Positions 39,157-51,184 of a stretch of 64,000 bases of DNA are shown piece after piece. Location: assembly GCA_965662395.1 (NCBI GenBank), contig CBFIIM010000001.1:9596-73595 (forward strand), written 5' to 3'. Every line of letters begins with the position of its first letter. Position 1 is the stretch's first letter. The translations under genes were made by a program, and so were the position numbers. Under the pieces are notes generated by a model that saw only the letters and a list, made by a program, of their open reading frames with translations, did not search any database and was not told where the DNA came from. The DNA is from Spiribacter sp. (GTDB taxonomy: Bacteria; Pseudomonadota; Gammaproteobacteria; Nitrococcales; Nitrococcaceae).

Positions 39157-39912
39157 ATGGAAAAAATATCACTGAAGAGCGTCGAAAAACCGATCTTAAT
39201 GATCGCGGATTTACATCTTGATCCGATACGGCCAGCGGCTATTTCAGCATTTTTATCGCTGATTAACGGCCCGGCCCAATCCGCCGGCGCGGTGTTTATA
39301 TTAGGCGATCTGTTCGAAGCCTGGATTGGCGATGATGCCCGACCGGCTGATGACCCCGTCGCACCGGCGCTCAATCGCCTCGCCGACCATGGAGTCGCCA
39401 TTTACCTGATGCACGGCAACCGGGATTTTCTGCTGGGCGCAGATTTTGCCAAAGCAGCCGGCGCCACGTTGCTAGATGAACCAACGCTAGTCTCCATTGA
39501 TCAGACGCCGGTGCTGATCGAACATGGCGATGCCCTGTGCACCGATGACATTGCCTATCAACAGTTCCGTCTGCAGGTGCGGGATCCGGCCTGGCAGAGG
39601 GCGTTTCTAGCACTCCCCATCGATGAGCGTATCCGCCAGGCCCAGAATGCCCGCATACAAAGCGGCGAGGCGATGGCTGACAAGAGCAGTCAGATTATGG
39701 ATGTCAATGAAAAGGCCGTTGTCGCGCGTTTTCACGACTATGGCGTCCAGCGACTGATTCACGGGCATACACACCGGCCCGGCAGGCATACATTCACGAT
39801 CAACGGGTTGCCGGCCGAGCGTATCGTACTGGGAGACTGGTTTGAGCAGGGTAGCGTTCTACGGATTGCCGATGGTGAGTATCACCTTGAATCAATCCAA
39901 TATACCGAATAG
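39157..39912 (+). CDS. lpxH: UDP-2,3-diacylglucosamine hydrolase
   Basis: IADLHL, LGDLFEAWIGDD, HGNRDFL, HGHTHRP, VLGDW. Confidence 0.94.
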   Translation: MEKISLKSVEKPILMIADLHLDPIRPAAISAFLSLINGPAQSAGAVFILGDLFEAWIGDDARPADDPVAPALNRLADHGVAIYLMHGNRDFLLGADFAKAAGATLLDEPTLVSIDQTPVLIEHGDALCTDDIAYQQFRLQVRDPAWQRAFLALPIDERIRQAQNARIQSGEAMADKSSQIMDVNEKAVVARFHDYGVQRLIHGHTHRPGRHTFTINGLPAERIVLGDWFEQGSVLRIADGEYHLESIQYTE

Positions 39913-40401
39913 CGCCTCGTAACGGGCTCTGGCGGCTGTACGCACATCATCGTCCAAATCATGACGCATAATCTCAACCAGTAGCCTTGCATCCTCTACC
40001 AAGCCCACCGCGGCCTGTCTGACGACAGACTCTCGGGCGCTTCGGGCCACATGGGCTAAAATTTGGTTATCACGACAGGCCTCAAGTGCTGCCAAACGGT
40101 AATTTAATTCCAAGGTATCGCCACCGGCCAGCAACTGGCGATAACGCGAGCGGGCCGCTTCGCGCACCGCAGCCGCCCCATCACATTCCAGTACTTGGCG
40201 CAGAATCACCAAATCCCGCAAGCGCAGTGCAGCGGCCTCTCGCACACGCTCATCTGAATCATGAGAGACCAGACGACGCAGCACATTCTGCCCGACATCC
40301 GCTGCGCTAATGGCTGCGCGACGGGCGGCCGGATCACTGGCATAAATATCGGCTGGGCGCTTTGCAGGCCACCAGCGACGAAGCGGCCTAAGCGCCTTCA
40401 T
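39892..40401 (-). CDS. HEAT-like repeat protein
   Basis: Repeated D..VR.AA helical-repeat motif; overlaps the upstream gene's stop. Confidence 0.7.
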   Translation of the reverse strand: MKALRPLRRWWPAKRPADIYASDPAARRAAISAADVGQNVLRRLVSHDSDERVREAAALRLRDLVILRQVLECDGAAAVREAARSRYRQLLAGGDTLELNYRLAALEACRDNQILAHVARSARESVVRQAAVGLVEDARLLVEIMRHDLDDDVRTAARARYEALFGILD

Positions 40402-41632
40402 CTTTCAATCCAATCACCAGATCCATGACGTTGGTGCCGGTCGCGCCTGTTTGCAGCAGATCCCCGGCAGCCTGCAAAAAACGCCCCGCATCGGCGGCGA
40501 GTAAACAGTCACTGACCGAAAGCCCTGCTTGTTCCCCGCGCGCCAACGTCTGACCATCCACCAGCGCACCGGCATCCTCACCCGGTCCATCGGCCCCATC
40601 CGTCCCGGCGGCCAGCATCCAGCAAGGTGCATCTCGAATCACTTGGGCGGCCGCTAGCGCCAGTGTTTGCATTCGCCCGCCCCGACCGGGCTCCGGCGGC
40701 AGCGTCACTGTCGGTTCACCACCCCACAGAATGATGCCCGGCGGCCCATTGACCAGGGTTTTAGCAAGCTCCGCCCCCAGAGGCGCTGACTCCCCCTGCA
40801 GGAACTGTGATGATCGAATCACCGGCCAACCGGCCTGTTGGGCCGCCTTTTCTGCCGCATCCAGCGCGATGGTGTTACTGGCTATGACTCGCAGATCGAT
40901 GCAGGCGAGCGCCGGTGAGTCAGGAGCCGGTGGCGCATCGGCTACCTCAAGCCCCGGCGGCACCCGGCGTGCCGCCTCTGTTGGCGACATTGGATCGGGA
41001 TCGCCGGCCAGCAAGCCTGATCCAATCACCGCCGGGTCATCACCCGGCACATCAGAGATCAGCAGCACTTGGGTCTTGCGTCCGCGCAGCCAACCGGAAA
41101 GCCGCCCCCCCTTAATGGTGGAGACTGCTTTGCGAATCCGATTCATCTGCACAATATCCAGCCCACCGGCCAGTAGCTGTTGATTCAGCGTTGCCAGGGC
41201 ATGGGCATCAGCACCATCACTCAGCCGCTCCACCAGGCTTGAGGCACCCCCGGAGATCAAAAACAGAAACCGCGCGTCATCCGGCGCACTGTCCAAAAAC
41301 TGCGTCAACGCCTCACCGGCTATCAAGCTGCGCTCATCGGGTACCGGATGGGGCGCGGTGTGAATGACGACCGGCAGCCGGCCAAGCAGTTCAGGGTCGT
41401 CATAACCCACACGGGTGATCGCAAGAGCGGCTGTAATCTGATCACCCAGGGCATCAACAGCCCCATGCGTCATCGCCATCGCGGCTTTACCAATCGCGAC
41501 TAAATGGATTGGGCCGGATGGCGGCGGTGATGAAACCAGCGCGCGCGATACGGCCGTGCGGCCGTTAACCGCTTTAATGGCCGCTTGATAAACGGCCTGG
41601 AGAGTATCGCGAGGGTTGGCCGGGCCTTGCAT
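40388..41632 (-). CDS. Glycerate kinase, MOFRL/DUF4147 type
   Basis: AIGKAA, HPVPD, LISGGASSL, IKGGRL, ISDVPGDD, GGE.TV, TGTNVMDL. Confidence 0.9.
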   Translation of the reverse strand: MQGPANPRDTLQAVYQAAIKAVNGRTAVSRALVSSPPPSGPIHLVAIGKAAMAMTHGAVDALGDQITAALAITRVGYDDPELLGRLPVVIHTAPHPVPDERSLIAGEALTQFLDSAPDDARFLFLISGGASSLVERLSDGADAHALATLNQQLLAGGLDIVQMNRIRKAVSTIKGGRLSGWLRGRKTQVLLISDVPGDDPAVIGSGLLAGDPDPMSPTEAARRVPPGLEVADAPPAPDSPALACIDLRVIASNTIALDAAEKAAQQAGWPVIRSSQFLQGESAPLGAELAKTLVNGPPGIILWGGEPTVTLPPEPGRGGRMQTLALAAAQVIRDAPCWMLAAGTDGADGPGEDAGALVDGQTLARGEQAGLSVSDCLLAADAGRFLQAAGDLLQTGATGTNVMDLVIGLKDEGA

Positions 41633-42807
41633 CAGCGGGCGCCAGCCAACCCCTGTGCCAGGTCGGCTGTAATATCGGCGTGATCCTCAAGGCCAACCGA
41701 AATGCGAATCAGCCCCTCCCCGATACCCATGGCTGCGCGTTGTTCGGGGGATACTCGGCCATGCGTGGTGCTAGCAGGATGGGTAATCGTGGAGCGCACA
41801 TCACCCAGATTAGCCGTAATCGATAGCATCTGGGTCCGATCGATGACTCGCCAGGCCGCCTCACGACCGCCGTCGACATCAAACGAGACAATACCGCCAA
41901 AGCCGGATTGTTGACGCCCAGCCAGCGCATGCTGCGGATGATCGGCAAGCCCCGGGTAGTAGACATGCCTGACGCCCGGCTGCTCAACCAGCCATTCGGC
42001 TAATTTCATGGCCGCTTCGCTGTGTGCACGCATGCGCAGATTCAGTGTCTCCAGGCCTTTGACGAATACCCAGGCATTGAATGGGCTCATCGTCGGCCCT
42101 GCCGTGCGCAGAAAAGGAAAGATATGCTCATCAAGCGTGGCAGCATCACCCACCACTGCTCCACCAACACAGCGGCCCTGACCATCTAGGTACTTGGTTG
42201 CTGAATGGGTAACCAAGTCAGCACCCCACTCAAGCGGGCGTTGCAGCGCGGGGGTGCAAAAGCAATTATCGACCGCCAAACGCGCCCCTACCTTTTTGGC
42301 AAGCTCCGCCAGCGCGCTGATATCCGCCACTTCGGTCAACGGATTAGACGGCGTCTCAAGGAAAAACAGTTTGGTTTGCGGTCGTACCGCCGCGGCCCAA
42401 GCATCCACATCGGCCGGCGGCACAAAATCGGTCTGCACACCAAATCGGGATAGGTGATTGGTAAACAGCGAGGCCGTGGTGCCAAACACGCCCAGGGAGC
42501 AAAGCACATGGTCACCAGAGCGCAAAAGCCCCATACAGACTGCCAGGATCGCGGCCATACCCGATGCCATTCCGATGGCAGCCTCACCACCCTCCATGGC
42601 CGCCAGGCGCTTTTCGAAAGCGCGCACCGTGGGATTAGTGAATCGTGAATAGATATTCCCGGGCTCATCACCAGAGAACCGCGCGGCCGCCTCAGCCGCT
42701 GAGGTGAAACTAAAGCTGGAGGTGGGAAAAATCGCCTCGGAATGCTCTTGCTCTGGGGTGCGTTCCCAGCCCGCACGCAGGCCTTTGGTATCTGGCCCCC
42801 AACTCAT
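41632..42807 (-). CDS. metZ: O-succinylhomoserine sulfhydrylase
   Basis: [36 protein letters not shown]; follows purF. Confidence 0.94.
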   Translation of the reverse strand: MSWGPDTKGLRAGWERTPEQEHSEAIFPTSSFSFTSAAEAAARFSGDEPGNIYSRFTNPTVRAFEKRLAAMEGGEAAIGMASGMAAILAVCMGLLRSGDHVLCSLGVFGTTASLFTNHLSRFGVQTDFVPPADVDAWAAAVRPQTKLFFLETPSNPLTEVADISALAELAKKVGARLAVDNCFCTPALQRPLEWGADLVTHSATKYLDGQGRCVGGAVVGDAATLDEHIFPFLRTAGPTMSPFNAWVFVKGLETLNLRMRAHSEAAMKLAEWLVEQPGVRHVYYPGLADHPQHALAGRQQSGFGGIVSFDVDGGREAAWRVIDRTQMLSITANLGDVRSTITHPASTTHGRVSPEQRAAMGIGEGLIRISVGLEDHADITADLAQGLAGAR

Positions 42808-44315
42808 GAGTGTACTAACCCCAACTCACTGCCCAGACGCCCTGCGCCGCTGCCCTGCAGGGCGGAATCGTTGCGCCGTGATTCAAGATCAAGGAGGTAC
42901 TCCGCGCTAATATCACCGGTGACATATTCGCCGTTAAAACACGAGCAATCGAAGTCACGTAAATTCTCGTTACCCTCGCGTACCGCTTCGATCAGATCGT
43001 CCAAATCCTGATAGATCATGTGATCAGCCCCAATGGTCCGGCAGATCTCCTCGACACTGCGGCCATGGGCAATCAATTCATGGGCGGCGGGCATATCGAT
43101 GCCATAGACATTGGGGTAGCGCACCGGTGGCGCTGCCGAGGCGAAATAAACCTTATTGGCACCGGCATCACGCGCCATCTGAATGATCTGCTCGGAGGTG
43201 GTACCCCGCACGATAGAGTCATCCAGCAACAGCACGTTTTTGCCGCGAAACTCCAGCTCGATCGGGTTGAGCTTTTGTCGAACGGATTTCTTGCGAACCG
43301 CTTGGCCAGGCATGATAAATGTCCGACCAATGTAGCGGTTTTTAATAAACCCTTCTCGATAGGTCAGGTTGAGCTCATTAGCCAGATCCAACGCACTGGT
43401 TCGGCTGGTATCCGGAATCGGAATGACGACATCAATATCGTGATTAGCCCACTCGCGCTGAATCTTACCGGCCAGCATCCGGCCCATGCGAAGCCGTGAT
43501 TTGTAGACCGAAACATCATCAAGCATGGAATCGGGACGGGCCAGATAGACATACTCAAAGATACAGGGGGATAGCCGTGAACTGGTGGCGCATTGGCGGG
43601 TGTGAAGATTGCCATCCAGATCAATGAACACCGCCTCGCCCGGGGCCACATCACGGATGAGCGTAAAGCCAAGCACACCCAATGCCACGCTTTCAGAGGC
43701 AATCATGTATTCGGTGCCGGCCTCAGTCTCGCGCTTGCCATAGCAAAGCGGGCGAATGCCATGCGGGTCACGAAACCCCAGCACACCATAGCCGTTAATC
43801 ATCACAATGGCGGCATAGCCACCTCGGCAGCGCTCGTGAATACCGCTAACCGCATCAAAGATATCCGACTCGCTCACCCGCAGCTTGCCCAACTCACCCA
43901 AGCGATGGGCAAAGACATTAAGCAGGATTTCAGAATCTGAACTGGTGTTGATATGCCGCAGGTCTTCGAGGTAGAGATCACGTTTGATGTCATCAGCATT
44001 GGTCAGATTGCCGTTATGCGCAATGCTGATGCCATAGGGGGAGTTGACATAAAACGGCTGTGATTCGGCAGAGCTTGAGCAACCAGCGGTCGGATAACGA
44101 CAATGGCCGATGCCGACATTACCGCTTAGCTGCAGCATATCCTCGCGGCCGAACACATCCCGCACCAGCCCGTTGTCCTTGCGCAAATGCAGCCGCCCGC
44201 TATCAAACGTCATGATCCCGGCCGCGTCCTGGCCACGGTGCTGGAGCACCGTCAACCCGTCATACAGGGCCTGGTTGACCGGAGACTTTGCAACCATTCC
44301 GATGACGCCACACAT
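42804..44315 (-). CDS. purF: Amidophosphoribosyltransferase
   Basis: N-terminal [22 protein letters not shown]. Confidence 0.98.
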   Translation of the reverse strand: MCGVIGMVAKSPVNQALYDGLTVLQHRGQDAAGIMTFDSGRLHLRKDNGLVRDVFGREDMLQLSGNVGIGHCRYPTAGCSSSAESQPFYVNSPYGISIAHNGNLTNADDIKRDLYLEDLRHINTSSDSEILLNVFAHRLGELGKLRVSESDIFDAVSGIHERCRGGYAAIVMINGYGVLGFRDPHGIRPLCYGKRETEAGTEYMIASESVALGVLGFTLIRDVAPGEAVFIDLDGNLHTRQCATSSRLSPCIFEYVYLARPDSMLDDVSVYKSRLRMGRMLAGKIQREWANHDIDVVIPIPDTSRTSALDLANELNLTYREGFIKNRYIGRTFIMPGQAVRKKSVRQKLNPIELEFRGKNVLLLDDSIVRGTTSEQIIQMARDAGANKVYFASAAPPVRYPNVYGIDMPAAHELIAHGRSVEEICRTIGADHMIYQDLDDLIEAVREGNENLRDFDCSCFNGEYVTGDISAEYLLDLESRRNDSALQGSGAGRLGSELGLVHS

Positions 44316-44903
44316 TCAGCTTCCGCTCCCGTTATCATTCAACGGCGCGGCGTTTGCCGCGCAATAGGCTTCCCAATAGGCCAGAGCAATCGCTCCATTG
44401 ACCGGCGCCTCAGCAACAGGCGCAACCGCCCGAGCCTGCTCGAGCCAGCGACCCACCTGACGGTGACACACAACCGGCTGATAGCCCTGCACCACCATCG
44501 AGGCCTGCCACCAGGGCTCACGCGGCAGTGCGGTCAAACCGGCACCAAGAATTAACAACCCCACCAGCAGGCCGCCACGCAACCCACCAAAAACAACACC
44601 AAGCACACGGTCGGTGCCTGTCAGCCCGGTTTTTCCGACCAGCGCTTTGGCCACATAACCCACCAGCGCGCCCACTAACAGCGTTAAGACAAATAACCCA
44701 CCAAAGCCTGCCACCAGCTGCAGCATCGAAGACCCCAGCCAGGGGGAAAGGCTTGCACCGGCCTGTGCGCCGTAGCGAAAGGCAATCCAAAACGCGGCTA
44801 CCCAGACGACTACCGAGACTACTTCGCGGACAAACCCGCGGATCAGGCCGATGAGAACTGATATCCCGATGACCCCGAGAAATGCGTAGTCAAGCCAGTT
44901 CAT
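44316..44903 (-). CDS. cvpA: Colicin V production family protein
   Basis: GLIRGFVRE, DRVLG..FG..RG; lies before purF. Confidence 0.9.
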   Translation of the reverse strand: MNWLDYAFLGVIGISVLIGLIRGFVREVVSVVVWVAAFWIAFRYGAQAGASLSPWLGSSMLQLVAGFGGLFVLTLLVGALVGYVAKALVGKTGLTGTDRVLGVVFGGLRGGLLVGLLILGAGLTALPREPWWQASMVVQGYQPVVCHRQVGRWLEQARAVAPVAEAPVNGAIALAYWEAYCAANAAPLNDNGSGS

Positions 44904-44940
44904 CGCATGTCCAAAGCGGTAAGTATATCAGTGCAACCCC

Positions 44941-45510
44941 TCATGGCTCGATGATAAAGCCCGGCAACTCGTGTGCCTCCGCCAGCCGCTGGGAGGCTTG
45001 CTCGGCCGCCTCACGATCGGCAAGCGGGCCGACTTGGACCCGGTGTGTTACCCGATCGGCGCCAGCAGTCTCAACCACTCGCACTGAAAAACCATCATCA
45101 CGCAACTGTCTGGCCAGGTAGTCGGCGTTCTCAGCACTGCCAAATGCACCCACCTGCACGTAAAGCCCCGCTGATCCTGCAGGCGCGGATGATTGGTCTG
45201 AGGATGGCTCCGGTGCTGGCTCCGGCGCTTGGGTCGAAATCGCCGGTGGCGGTTCGATCGATGCGGCCGACTCAGCCGAGACATCAGGCACAGGCATTTC
45301 AGCCAGCTCCGCCCCGGGTTCTGGCGTCTGCAACAGGTCAGAAGATGGCAGGGCAGGTGCCCGATCGACAACCGGTTCGTCTGGAATATCCAATGCGATA
45401 TCCACACGGGTGCGCTCCACCGGCCCGCTTAACAGCATAGGCAGAAAGATCACCGCCAATGCGACTAGCACCACGGCACCTACCAATCGTTGTTTGATCC
45501 GCTGCTCCAA
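44941..45510 (-). CDS. dedD: SPOR-domain cell division protein
   Basis: KQRLVGAVVLVALAVIFLP; C-terminal VQVGAF...RVQVGP. Probable TTG start. Confidence 0.85.
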   Translation of the reverse strand: MEQRIKQRLVGAVVLVALAVIFLPMLLSGPVERTRVDIALDIPDEPVVDRAPALPSSDLLQTPEPGAELAEMPVPDVSAESAASIEPPPAISTQAPEPAPEPSSDQSSAPAGSAGLYVQVGAFGSAENADYLARQLRDDGFSVRVVETAGADRVTHRVQVGPLADREAAEQASQRLAEAHELPGFIIEP

Positions 45511-45535
45511 GGACAAACTCCCAATGACCAGGGGG

Positions 45536-46831
45536 TTAGTTTCGGCCTGACCCCTGATTGTTGCAAGCACCGATGCCAAGGCGCATAAAGCACTCCACGA
45601 CGCGGAACGATCCGGCCGCTACCATCAGGTCATCGTTTTCAGCCCCTTGCTCCAGTGCAAACCTCGCAGCTTTGGCATCACCCTGACCCATTACCTGAGC
45701 GCCCTGTGCCTTCAATACGGCTTGGACCTCTGCGACCGGATGCAGCGCTGGGTCATCCAGATCCAACACAAACCACTCATCCACCACCGGCATCAGCTGG
45801 TCGATCAACGGCAACAGTGGCTTTCTTAGCATCAGGGCAAAGGCAATGCGCACCTTACCGTGACCACGCTCTGCGGCAAGACGCCGAGCCAGCTGGTCGA
45901 TGGCTGATGGGTTATGACCCACATCAAGCATCCAACGGCCACGCGCTGCGCTGACCAGTTGTTGTCTGCCGGCCAGCGAGGCCGTCGCCAAACCCGTCCG
46001 TATGGCCTCGGCGTCCAGACTGAGCAGAGGATGCAGACCAGCGGCTACCACCGTGACGGCGCCGGCGGCATTGGTCAGTACCGCATCAGCCATCCAAGCT
46101 GGCCGCGGCAGATGCTCAAGGCTCTGATCCTCTGCGCGCCATGTCCAGTCCGAGTGGTCGGACAAGCAATGGTAGTCCTGCCCCAACTGCCACAGCGGCG
46201 AACCCTGTGCATGGGCCATTTGTGCGATACGCTCAGGCGGTTGTGAATCACAACACACCACCGGCCGCCCAGCCCGAGTGATACCCATCTTCTCACCGGC
46301 AATGGCCTCACGGTTGTCGCCCAACCACTCCATATGATCGAGGTCAATGCGGGTCACTACTGCCACATCGGCATCAAAACAATTAGTGGCATCCAGCCGC
46401 CCCCCGAGTCCGACCTCCAGAATCCACGGCGATGCATTGGCTGCATGGAAGCAAAAAGCCGCGGCCAGGGTGGCAAACTCAAAATAGGTCAGCGTGGTGT
46501 CACCACGCGCGGCATTAATCGCCTCGAAGGCATTGATGATACGGGCATCATCGACAGGGCGACCGGCAATACGAATCCGTTCATTAAAAGACAGCAGATG
46601 CGGCGAAGTATAGAGGCCCGGCCGATGCCCCGCAGCCAGAAACATGGCCTCAAGGCAGGCCACCGTACTGCCCTTACCGTTGGTCCCGGCCACCGTGATG
46701 ATCGGCATACCACCATCGCCGAGTCCCATCCGGGCTGCGACTTCGCGGATACGCACCAATCCCAGATCGATTTCCTGCGGATGTACCCCTTCGAGCCATT
46801 GCAGCCAGTCATCCAGGGTGGTGGGTGTCAC
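45536..46831 (-). CDS. folC: Dihydrofolate/folylpolyglutamate synthase
   Basis: VAGTNGKGST, YTSPHL, EVGLGGRLDATN, DVGHNP. Confidence 0.95.
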   Translation of the reverse strand: MTPTTLDDWLQWLEGVHPQEIDLGLVRIREVAARMGLGDGGMPIITVAGTNGKGSTVACLEAMFLAAGHRPGLYTSPHLLSFNERIRIAGRPVDDARIINAFEAINAARGDTTLTYFEFATLAAAFCFHAANASPWILEVGLGGRLDATNCFDADVAVVTRIDLDHMEWLGDNREAIAGEKMGITRAGRPVVCCDSQPPERIAQMAHAQGSPLWQLGQDYHCLSDHSDWTWRAEDQSLEHLPRPAWMADAVLTNAAGAVTVVAAGLHPLLSLDAEAIRTGLATASLAGRQQLVSAARGRWMLDVGHNPSAIDQLARRLAAERGHGKVRIAFALMLRKPLLPLIDQLMPVVDEWFVLDLDDPALHPVAEVQAVLKAQGAQVMGQGDAKAARFALEQGAENDDLMVAAGSFRVVECFMRLGIGACNNQGSGRN

Positions 46832-46840
46832 CGGACGCGG

Positions 46841-47719
46841 TTACTCCGTAACCATCTCGGGCGAGGGAGCTCGGGAGAGCATTGCAATCAACCGACCAAT
46901 ACGCTCGCGCTGCTCTCGACGGTCAACAATCAGATCAACCGCGCCATGCTCGAGCAAAAATTCACTGCGCTGAAAGCCTTCCGGGAGGGTCTCGCGCACG
47001 GTTTGCTCGATCACCCGAGGGCCCGCAAAACCGATCAGCGCGCCCGGCTCAGCCACGATGACATCACCCAGCATCGCTAGGCTGGCAGAAACACCGCCCA
47101 TCGTGGGATCGGTCAACACACTAATAAACGGCAGGTGCGCATCTGATAGGCGCTTTAAGGCTGCACTGGTCTTGGCCATTTGCATCAGCGAGAACAGTGC
47201 CTCTTGCATACGAGCACCACCACTGGCGCTAAAACAGACCATCGCACATTGACGCTGATAGGCTGCATCCACCGCGCGCACAAAACGCTCGCCAACAACC
47301 GCGCCCATCGATCCGCCCATAAAGCGGAATTCAAAGGCCGCAGCCACCACCGGCAGACCATGAACCCGGCCGCTCATCGCCACCAGGGCATCACGCTCAC
47401 CGGTGCTCTTTTGGGCCTGTGTCAGCCGGTCTTTGTAGCGCTTTGAATCCTTAAAACGCAGGGTATCCACCGGTTGGAGCTCAGCACCGATCTCTTGGCG
47501 GTTTTCAGCGTCAAGAAACACATCCAAGCGACGCCGCGCGCCGATGCGCATATGGGCATCACACTTTGGACAGACCTCAAGATTGCGCTCAAGCTCCGGG
47601 CGATAAAGCACCGCGGCGCAGTCATTGCATTTGGTCCATAGCCCCTCGGGCACGCTGCGGCTGCGGCCGACCGCCTCGGTGCGGATCCGTGAGGGCATGA
47701 GTTTCTCAAACCAACTCAA
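46841..47719 (-). CDS. accD: Acetyl-CoA carboxylase carboxyltransferase beta
   Basis: Zn ribbon, [26 protein letters not shown]. Confidence 0.97.
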   Translation of the reverse strand: MSWFEKLMPSRIRTEAVGRSRSVPEGLWTKCNDCAAVLYRPELERNLEVCPKCDAHMRIGARRRLDVFLDAENRQEIGAELQPVDTLRFKDSKRYKDRLTQAQKSTGERDALVAMSGRVHGLPVVAAAFEFRFMGGSMGAVVGERFVRAVDAAYQRQCAMVCFSASGGARMQEALFSLMQMAKTSAALKRLSDAHLPFISVLTDPTMGGVSASLAMLGDVIVAEPGALIGFAGPRVIEQTVRETLPEGFQRSEFLLEHGAVDLIVDRREQRERIGRLIAMLSRAPSPEMVTE

Positions 47720-48540
47720 GACGAGGCCTCCAGCGTTGGCGCATCAAGCCCTTCACGCAAACTACGGGTAAAGGCACTAACGGTTTCGATCAATGCAGCC
47801 TGATCGCCCGCGTTATCGGCAATCCTAGAGACAATTGCACTGCCGACCACCACAGCATCAGCCACCTCACCCAACTTGGCGGCATCCTCGCCGTTACGCA
47901 CGCCAAACCCCACGCCTACGGGCAGTTGCGTGGTTTTACGAATGGCCTCGACATGATGGGCCACGCTGCCCACATCCAGCGTGGCCGCCCCCGTTACCCC
48001 TTTCAGGGAAACGTAATAGACAAAGCCACGGGCATGGTCACAAATCGCGCGAATCCGCTCCTCCCGAGTGGTCGGTGCAATCAGCCAAATTGGATCGAGA
48101 TCATGCTCTGCCAGAGCCGCAACCAGTTCATTGCCCTCTTCAGGTGGCAGATCGACGGTGAGCACGCCGTCCACTCCGGCCGCGGCCGCCAGCCGGGCAA
48201 ACTCGACATAACCAATTTGCTCGATCGGATTGAGGTAGCCCATCAGCACCACGGGTGTGTCCTGATCCTGGCGCCGGAACTCGCGAACCATCTCCAGCAC
48301 GCCGCGCAGCCCGGTGCCGGCGGCCAGCGCCCGATCGCAGGCCAACTGGATAACCGGCCCATCCGCCATGGGATCCGAAAATGGCATTCCCACCTCGATG
48401 ATATCGGCACCCGATGCCACCAGCGCCTGCATGATGGGCACCGTTGCCGAGGGCGACGGATCACCACCTGTAATATAGGTCACCAGGGTCTTTCGGCCCT
48501 CAACCCGGCGTTGCTCAAAGCGATGAGTAATCCGGCTCAT
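47716..48540 (-). CDS. trpA: Tryptophan synthase alpha
   Basis: [27 protein letters not shown]. Confidence 0.97.
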   Translation of the reverse strand: MSRITHRFEQRRVEGRKTLVTYITGGDPSPSATVPIMQALVASGADIIEVGMPFSDPMADGPVIQLACDRALAAGTGLRGVLEMVREFRRQDQDTPVVLMGYLNPIEQIGYVEFARLAAAAGVDGVLTVDLPPEEGNELVAALAEHDLDPIWLIAPTTREERIRAICDHARGFVYYVSLKGVTGAATLDVGSVAHHVEAIRKTTQLPVGVGFGVRNGEDAAKLGEVADAVVVGSAIVSRIADNAGDQAALIETVSAFTRSLREGLDAPTLEASS

Positions 48541-49769
48541 AAGGTCATCCCCTCAACTTCGGCAACGGTATTAATATCTTTGTCACCACGGCCGGAGCAG
48601 TTAATGACAATCATCTGATCCGGGCGCATTTCGCGGGCCAGCTTTTCGGCATAGGCAATACCATGCGCGGTCTCCAGTGCCGGAATAATGCCTTCACTGC
48701 GCGCCAGACCATGGAAGGCCGCCAGAGCCTCGTTGTCATTGACAGCGACATACTGAACTCGGTGGGTGTCCTTCAGCCAGGCATGCTCAGGGCCCACTCC
48801 GGGATAATCCAGCCCGGCTGATACTGAGTGTGTCGCCATAATCTGGCCATCTTCATCTTCCATCAGATAGGTGCGATTGCCATGCAGCACACCCGGGCGA
48901 CCTGCAGAAAGTGGTGCGGCATGACGACCGGTCTCCACGCCATCACCTCCGGCCTCGACGCCGTAAATGGCAACTTCACGATCCTCTAGGAAGGGGTGGA
49001 ACAATCCAATCGCATTAGATCCCCCTCCCACGCAGGCCACCAGCGCATCGGGCAGACGCCCATGCTGCTCCAGACACTGCGCCCGGGTCTCATGCCCAAT
49101 CACTGACTGGAAATCGCGCACCATCGCCGGATAGGGATGTGGACCTGCCACCGTCCCGATAATGTAGAAGGTGTCATCAACATTGGCCGCCCAATCCCGG
49201 AAGGCCTCATTCAAAGCGTCTTTCAAGGTTCGGGTGCCCGATTCCACCGGGACCACGGTCGCCCCCATCAGGCGCATACGGTAGACATTGACCGACTGCC
49301 GCCGGACATCTTCCGCCCCCATGTAGACAATGCACTCCAGCCCCAGCCGGGCACAGACTGCGGCAGTCGCCACACCATGCTGACCCGCGCCGGTTTCCGC
49401 GACGATGCGTTTTTTGCCCATGCGCGAGGCAAGCAGTGCCTGGCCCATGGTGTTGTTGATCTTATGTGCGCCGGTGTGATCCAAGTCTTCGCGCTTTAGG
49501 TAAAGCCGCGCTCCACCTACCTGATTGGACCAATGCTCGGCGTAGTACAGCGGTGTTGGCCTACCCACATAGTGTTGCAGGTCCGCATCAAGACTGGCTT
49601 TAAACTCAGGGTCGTTGCAGTAGCGCGCATAGGCAGCAGACAGCTCCTCAAGCGGCGCCATCAGCAGCTCGGGGACAAACCGACCGCCGTAGGGACCGAA
49701 ATGCCCGAGCGCATCGGGGAAGTGGCCGTAATCGACGGGCGCCTCAATAGCCTGGATGACGTTCGACAC
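48537..49769 (-). CDS. trpB: Tryptophan synthase beta
   Basis: [35 protein letters not shown]. Probable GTG start. Confidence 0.97.
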   Translation of the reverse strand: MSNVIQAIEAPVDYGHFPDALGHFGPYGGRFVPELLMAPLEELSAAYARYCNDPEFKASLDADLQHYVGRPTPLYYAEHWSNQVGGARLYLKREDLDHTGAHKINNTMGQALLASRMGKKRIVAETGAGQHGVATAAVCARLGLECIVYMGAEDVRRQSVNVYRMRLMGATVVPVESGTRTLKDALNEAFRDWAANVDDTFYIIGTVAGPHPYPAMVRDFQSVIGHETRAQCLEQHGRLPDALVACVGGGSNAIGLFHPFLEDREVAIYGVEAGGDGVETGRHAAPLSAGRPGVLHGNRTYLMEDEDGQIMATHSVSAGLDYPGVGPEHAWLKDTHRVQYVAVNDNEALAAFHGLARSEGIIPALETAHGIAYAEKLAREMRPDQMIVINCSGRGDKDINTVAEVEGMTL

Positions 49770-50373
49770 GATAAACCTCTTCAGTAAAGGCGGCGATTTT
49801 ACGCCGGTCTTTGATCCCGGGGGCAGACTCAACACCACTGCTACAGTCGACGCCCCAGGGGCGCATCATCCGCACAGCTTCTCCCACATTATCCGGATGC
49901 AATCCGCCGGCAACAATCACCCGATGGCTGATGGGCACATCAGCGTCCCAATCAAATGACTCACCAGAGCCACCCGCGGCACCTGGGGCATGTCCATCCA
50001 ACAGCAACGCCGAGGCATCGGGATGGGCAGCAGCGACTGCCACGGCATCACCGCCGGCCATACCGACGGCTTTGATATAGCGTCGGTTAAAGCGGGTGCA
50101 CAGATCGGCCGATTCACTGCCATGGAATTGCAGCTCATCAAGCGGCACTCGGTCCAAAATGGCTGCTATCCAATCAGGATCTGCATCCATAAAAAGCCCG
50201 ACACTGGTTGTCAACGCGGGCAAGGCAGCAATAATTTCCACGGCCGCCTCAGGCGTTACATGACGTGGGCTTTTGGGGTAGAACACCAACCCGATGGCGT
50301 CGGCACCGCATTCGGCCGCAAAAACGCCATCCTCCGGGCGGGTAATCCCACAAATCTTAATTCTTGTGCGCAC
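49744..50373 (-). CDS. trpF: Phosphoribosylanthranilate isomerase
   Basis: [30 protein letters not shown]. Confidence 0.95.
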   Translation of the reverse strand: MRTRIKICGITRPEDGVFAAECGADAIGLVFYPKSPRHVTPEAAVEIIAALPALTTSVGLFMDADPDWIAAILDRVPLDELQFHGSESADLCTRFNRRYIKAVGMAGGDAVAVAAAHPDASALLLDGHAPGAAGGSGESFDWDADVPISHRVIVAGGLHPDNVGEAVRMMRPWGVDCSSGVESAPGIKDRRKIAAFTEEVYRVERHPGY

Positions 50374-50401
50374 TCCCCCAATCCTACCCGTCGAGGCAAA
50401 T

Positions 50402-51184
50402 TCAGGCAAAAATTGGCCCCGATGCCGGCCCGGGCAGACCAAAGACATCCGGGTAGCGCACCCCCAACAAATACAGACCACCGGGCGGGGCCGTCATCCC
50501 GGCGCGAGTACGATCACAAGCTTGCAGTACTGCGGCTAGCCATTCGGTGCGTCGCTCGTCGCTGCCAACCAGCATCAGACTGCCCACGATATTGCGCACC
50601 ATATGATGCAAAAAGGCGTTGGCCTCAATATCCACAACAATCAACTGCTGCTGGCGGGACACGGTCACTTCAGTAATCTCACGCACCGGATGATGCGCCT
50701 GGCAGGCGGCGGCGCGAAAACTGCTGAAATCATGCTCACCCACCAGCGCCTGGGCTGCCTGATGCATGGTCTCGACCGACAATCGTTTCCAGGTCCAAGC
50801 GGCACGATCCCGCCACAGCACTGGCGGCAATGGATCATCCAGCAGCAAGTACCGGTACCGCCTCGCAAGCCCGCTGCGCCTAGCATCAAAGGTATCACCG
50901 GGATAGGCCACCCAACGCACACCAATGGATGGCGGTAGATGGCTGTTAACCCCCCTCACCCAGGCCTTATCCGGTCGCTCGACATGGGTGTCGAAATGCA
51001 CGACCTGACAACAGGCATGCACTCCAGCATCCGTTCGCCCAGCAGCTGTCACATCAACGGGGTGTTCGGTAATGGCAGCCAGTGCCTGCTCAAGGTTGGC
51101 TTGCACAGAGTCGGCATGATGCTGGCGCTGCCAACCACTAAAGGCCGAACCATCGTATTCAATGCCAAGGGCAATGCGGGTCAT
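50402..51184 (-). CDS. truA: tRNA pseudouridine(38-40) synthase
   Basis: EYDGS.F.GWQ, AGRTDAGVHA, AFLHHMVRNIVG. Confidence 0.97.
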   Translation of the reverse strand: MTRIALGIEYDGSAFSGWQRQHHADSVQANLEQALAAITEHPVDVTAAGRTDAGVHACCQVVHFDTHVERPDKAWVRGVNSHLPPSIGVRWVAYPGDTFDARRSGLARRYRYLLLDDPLPPVLWRDRAAWTWKRLSVETMHQAAQALVGEHDFSSFRAAACQAHHPVREITEVTVSRQQQLIVVDIEANAFLHHMVRNIVGSLMLVGSDERRTEWLAAVLQACDRTRAGMTAPPGGLYLLGVRYPDVFGLPGPASGPIFA

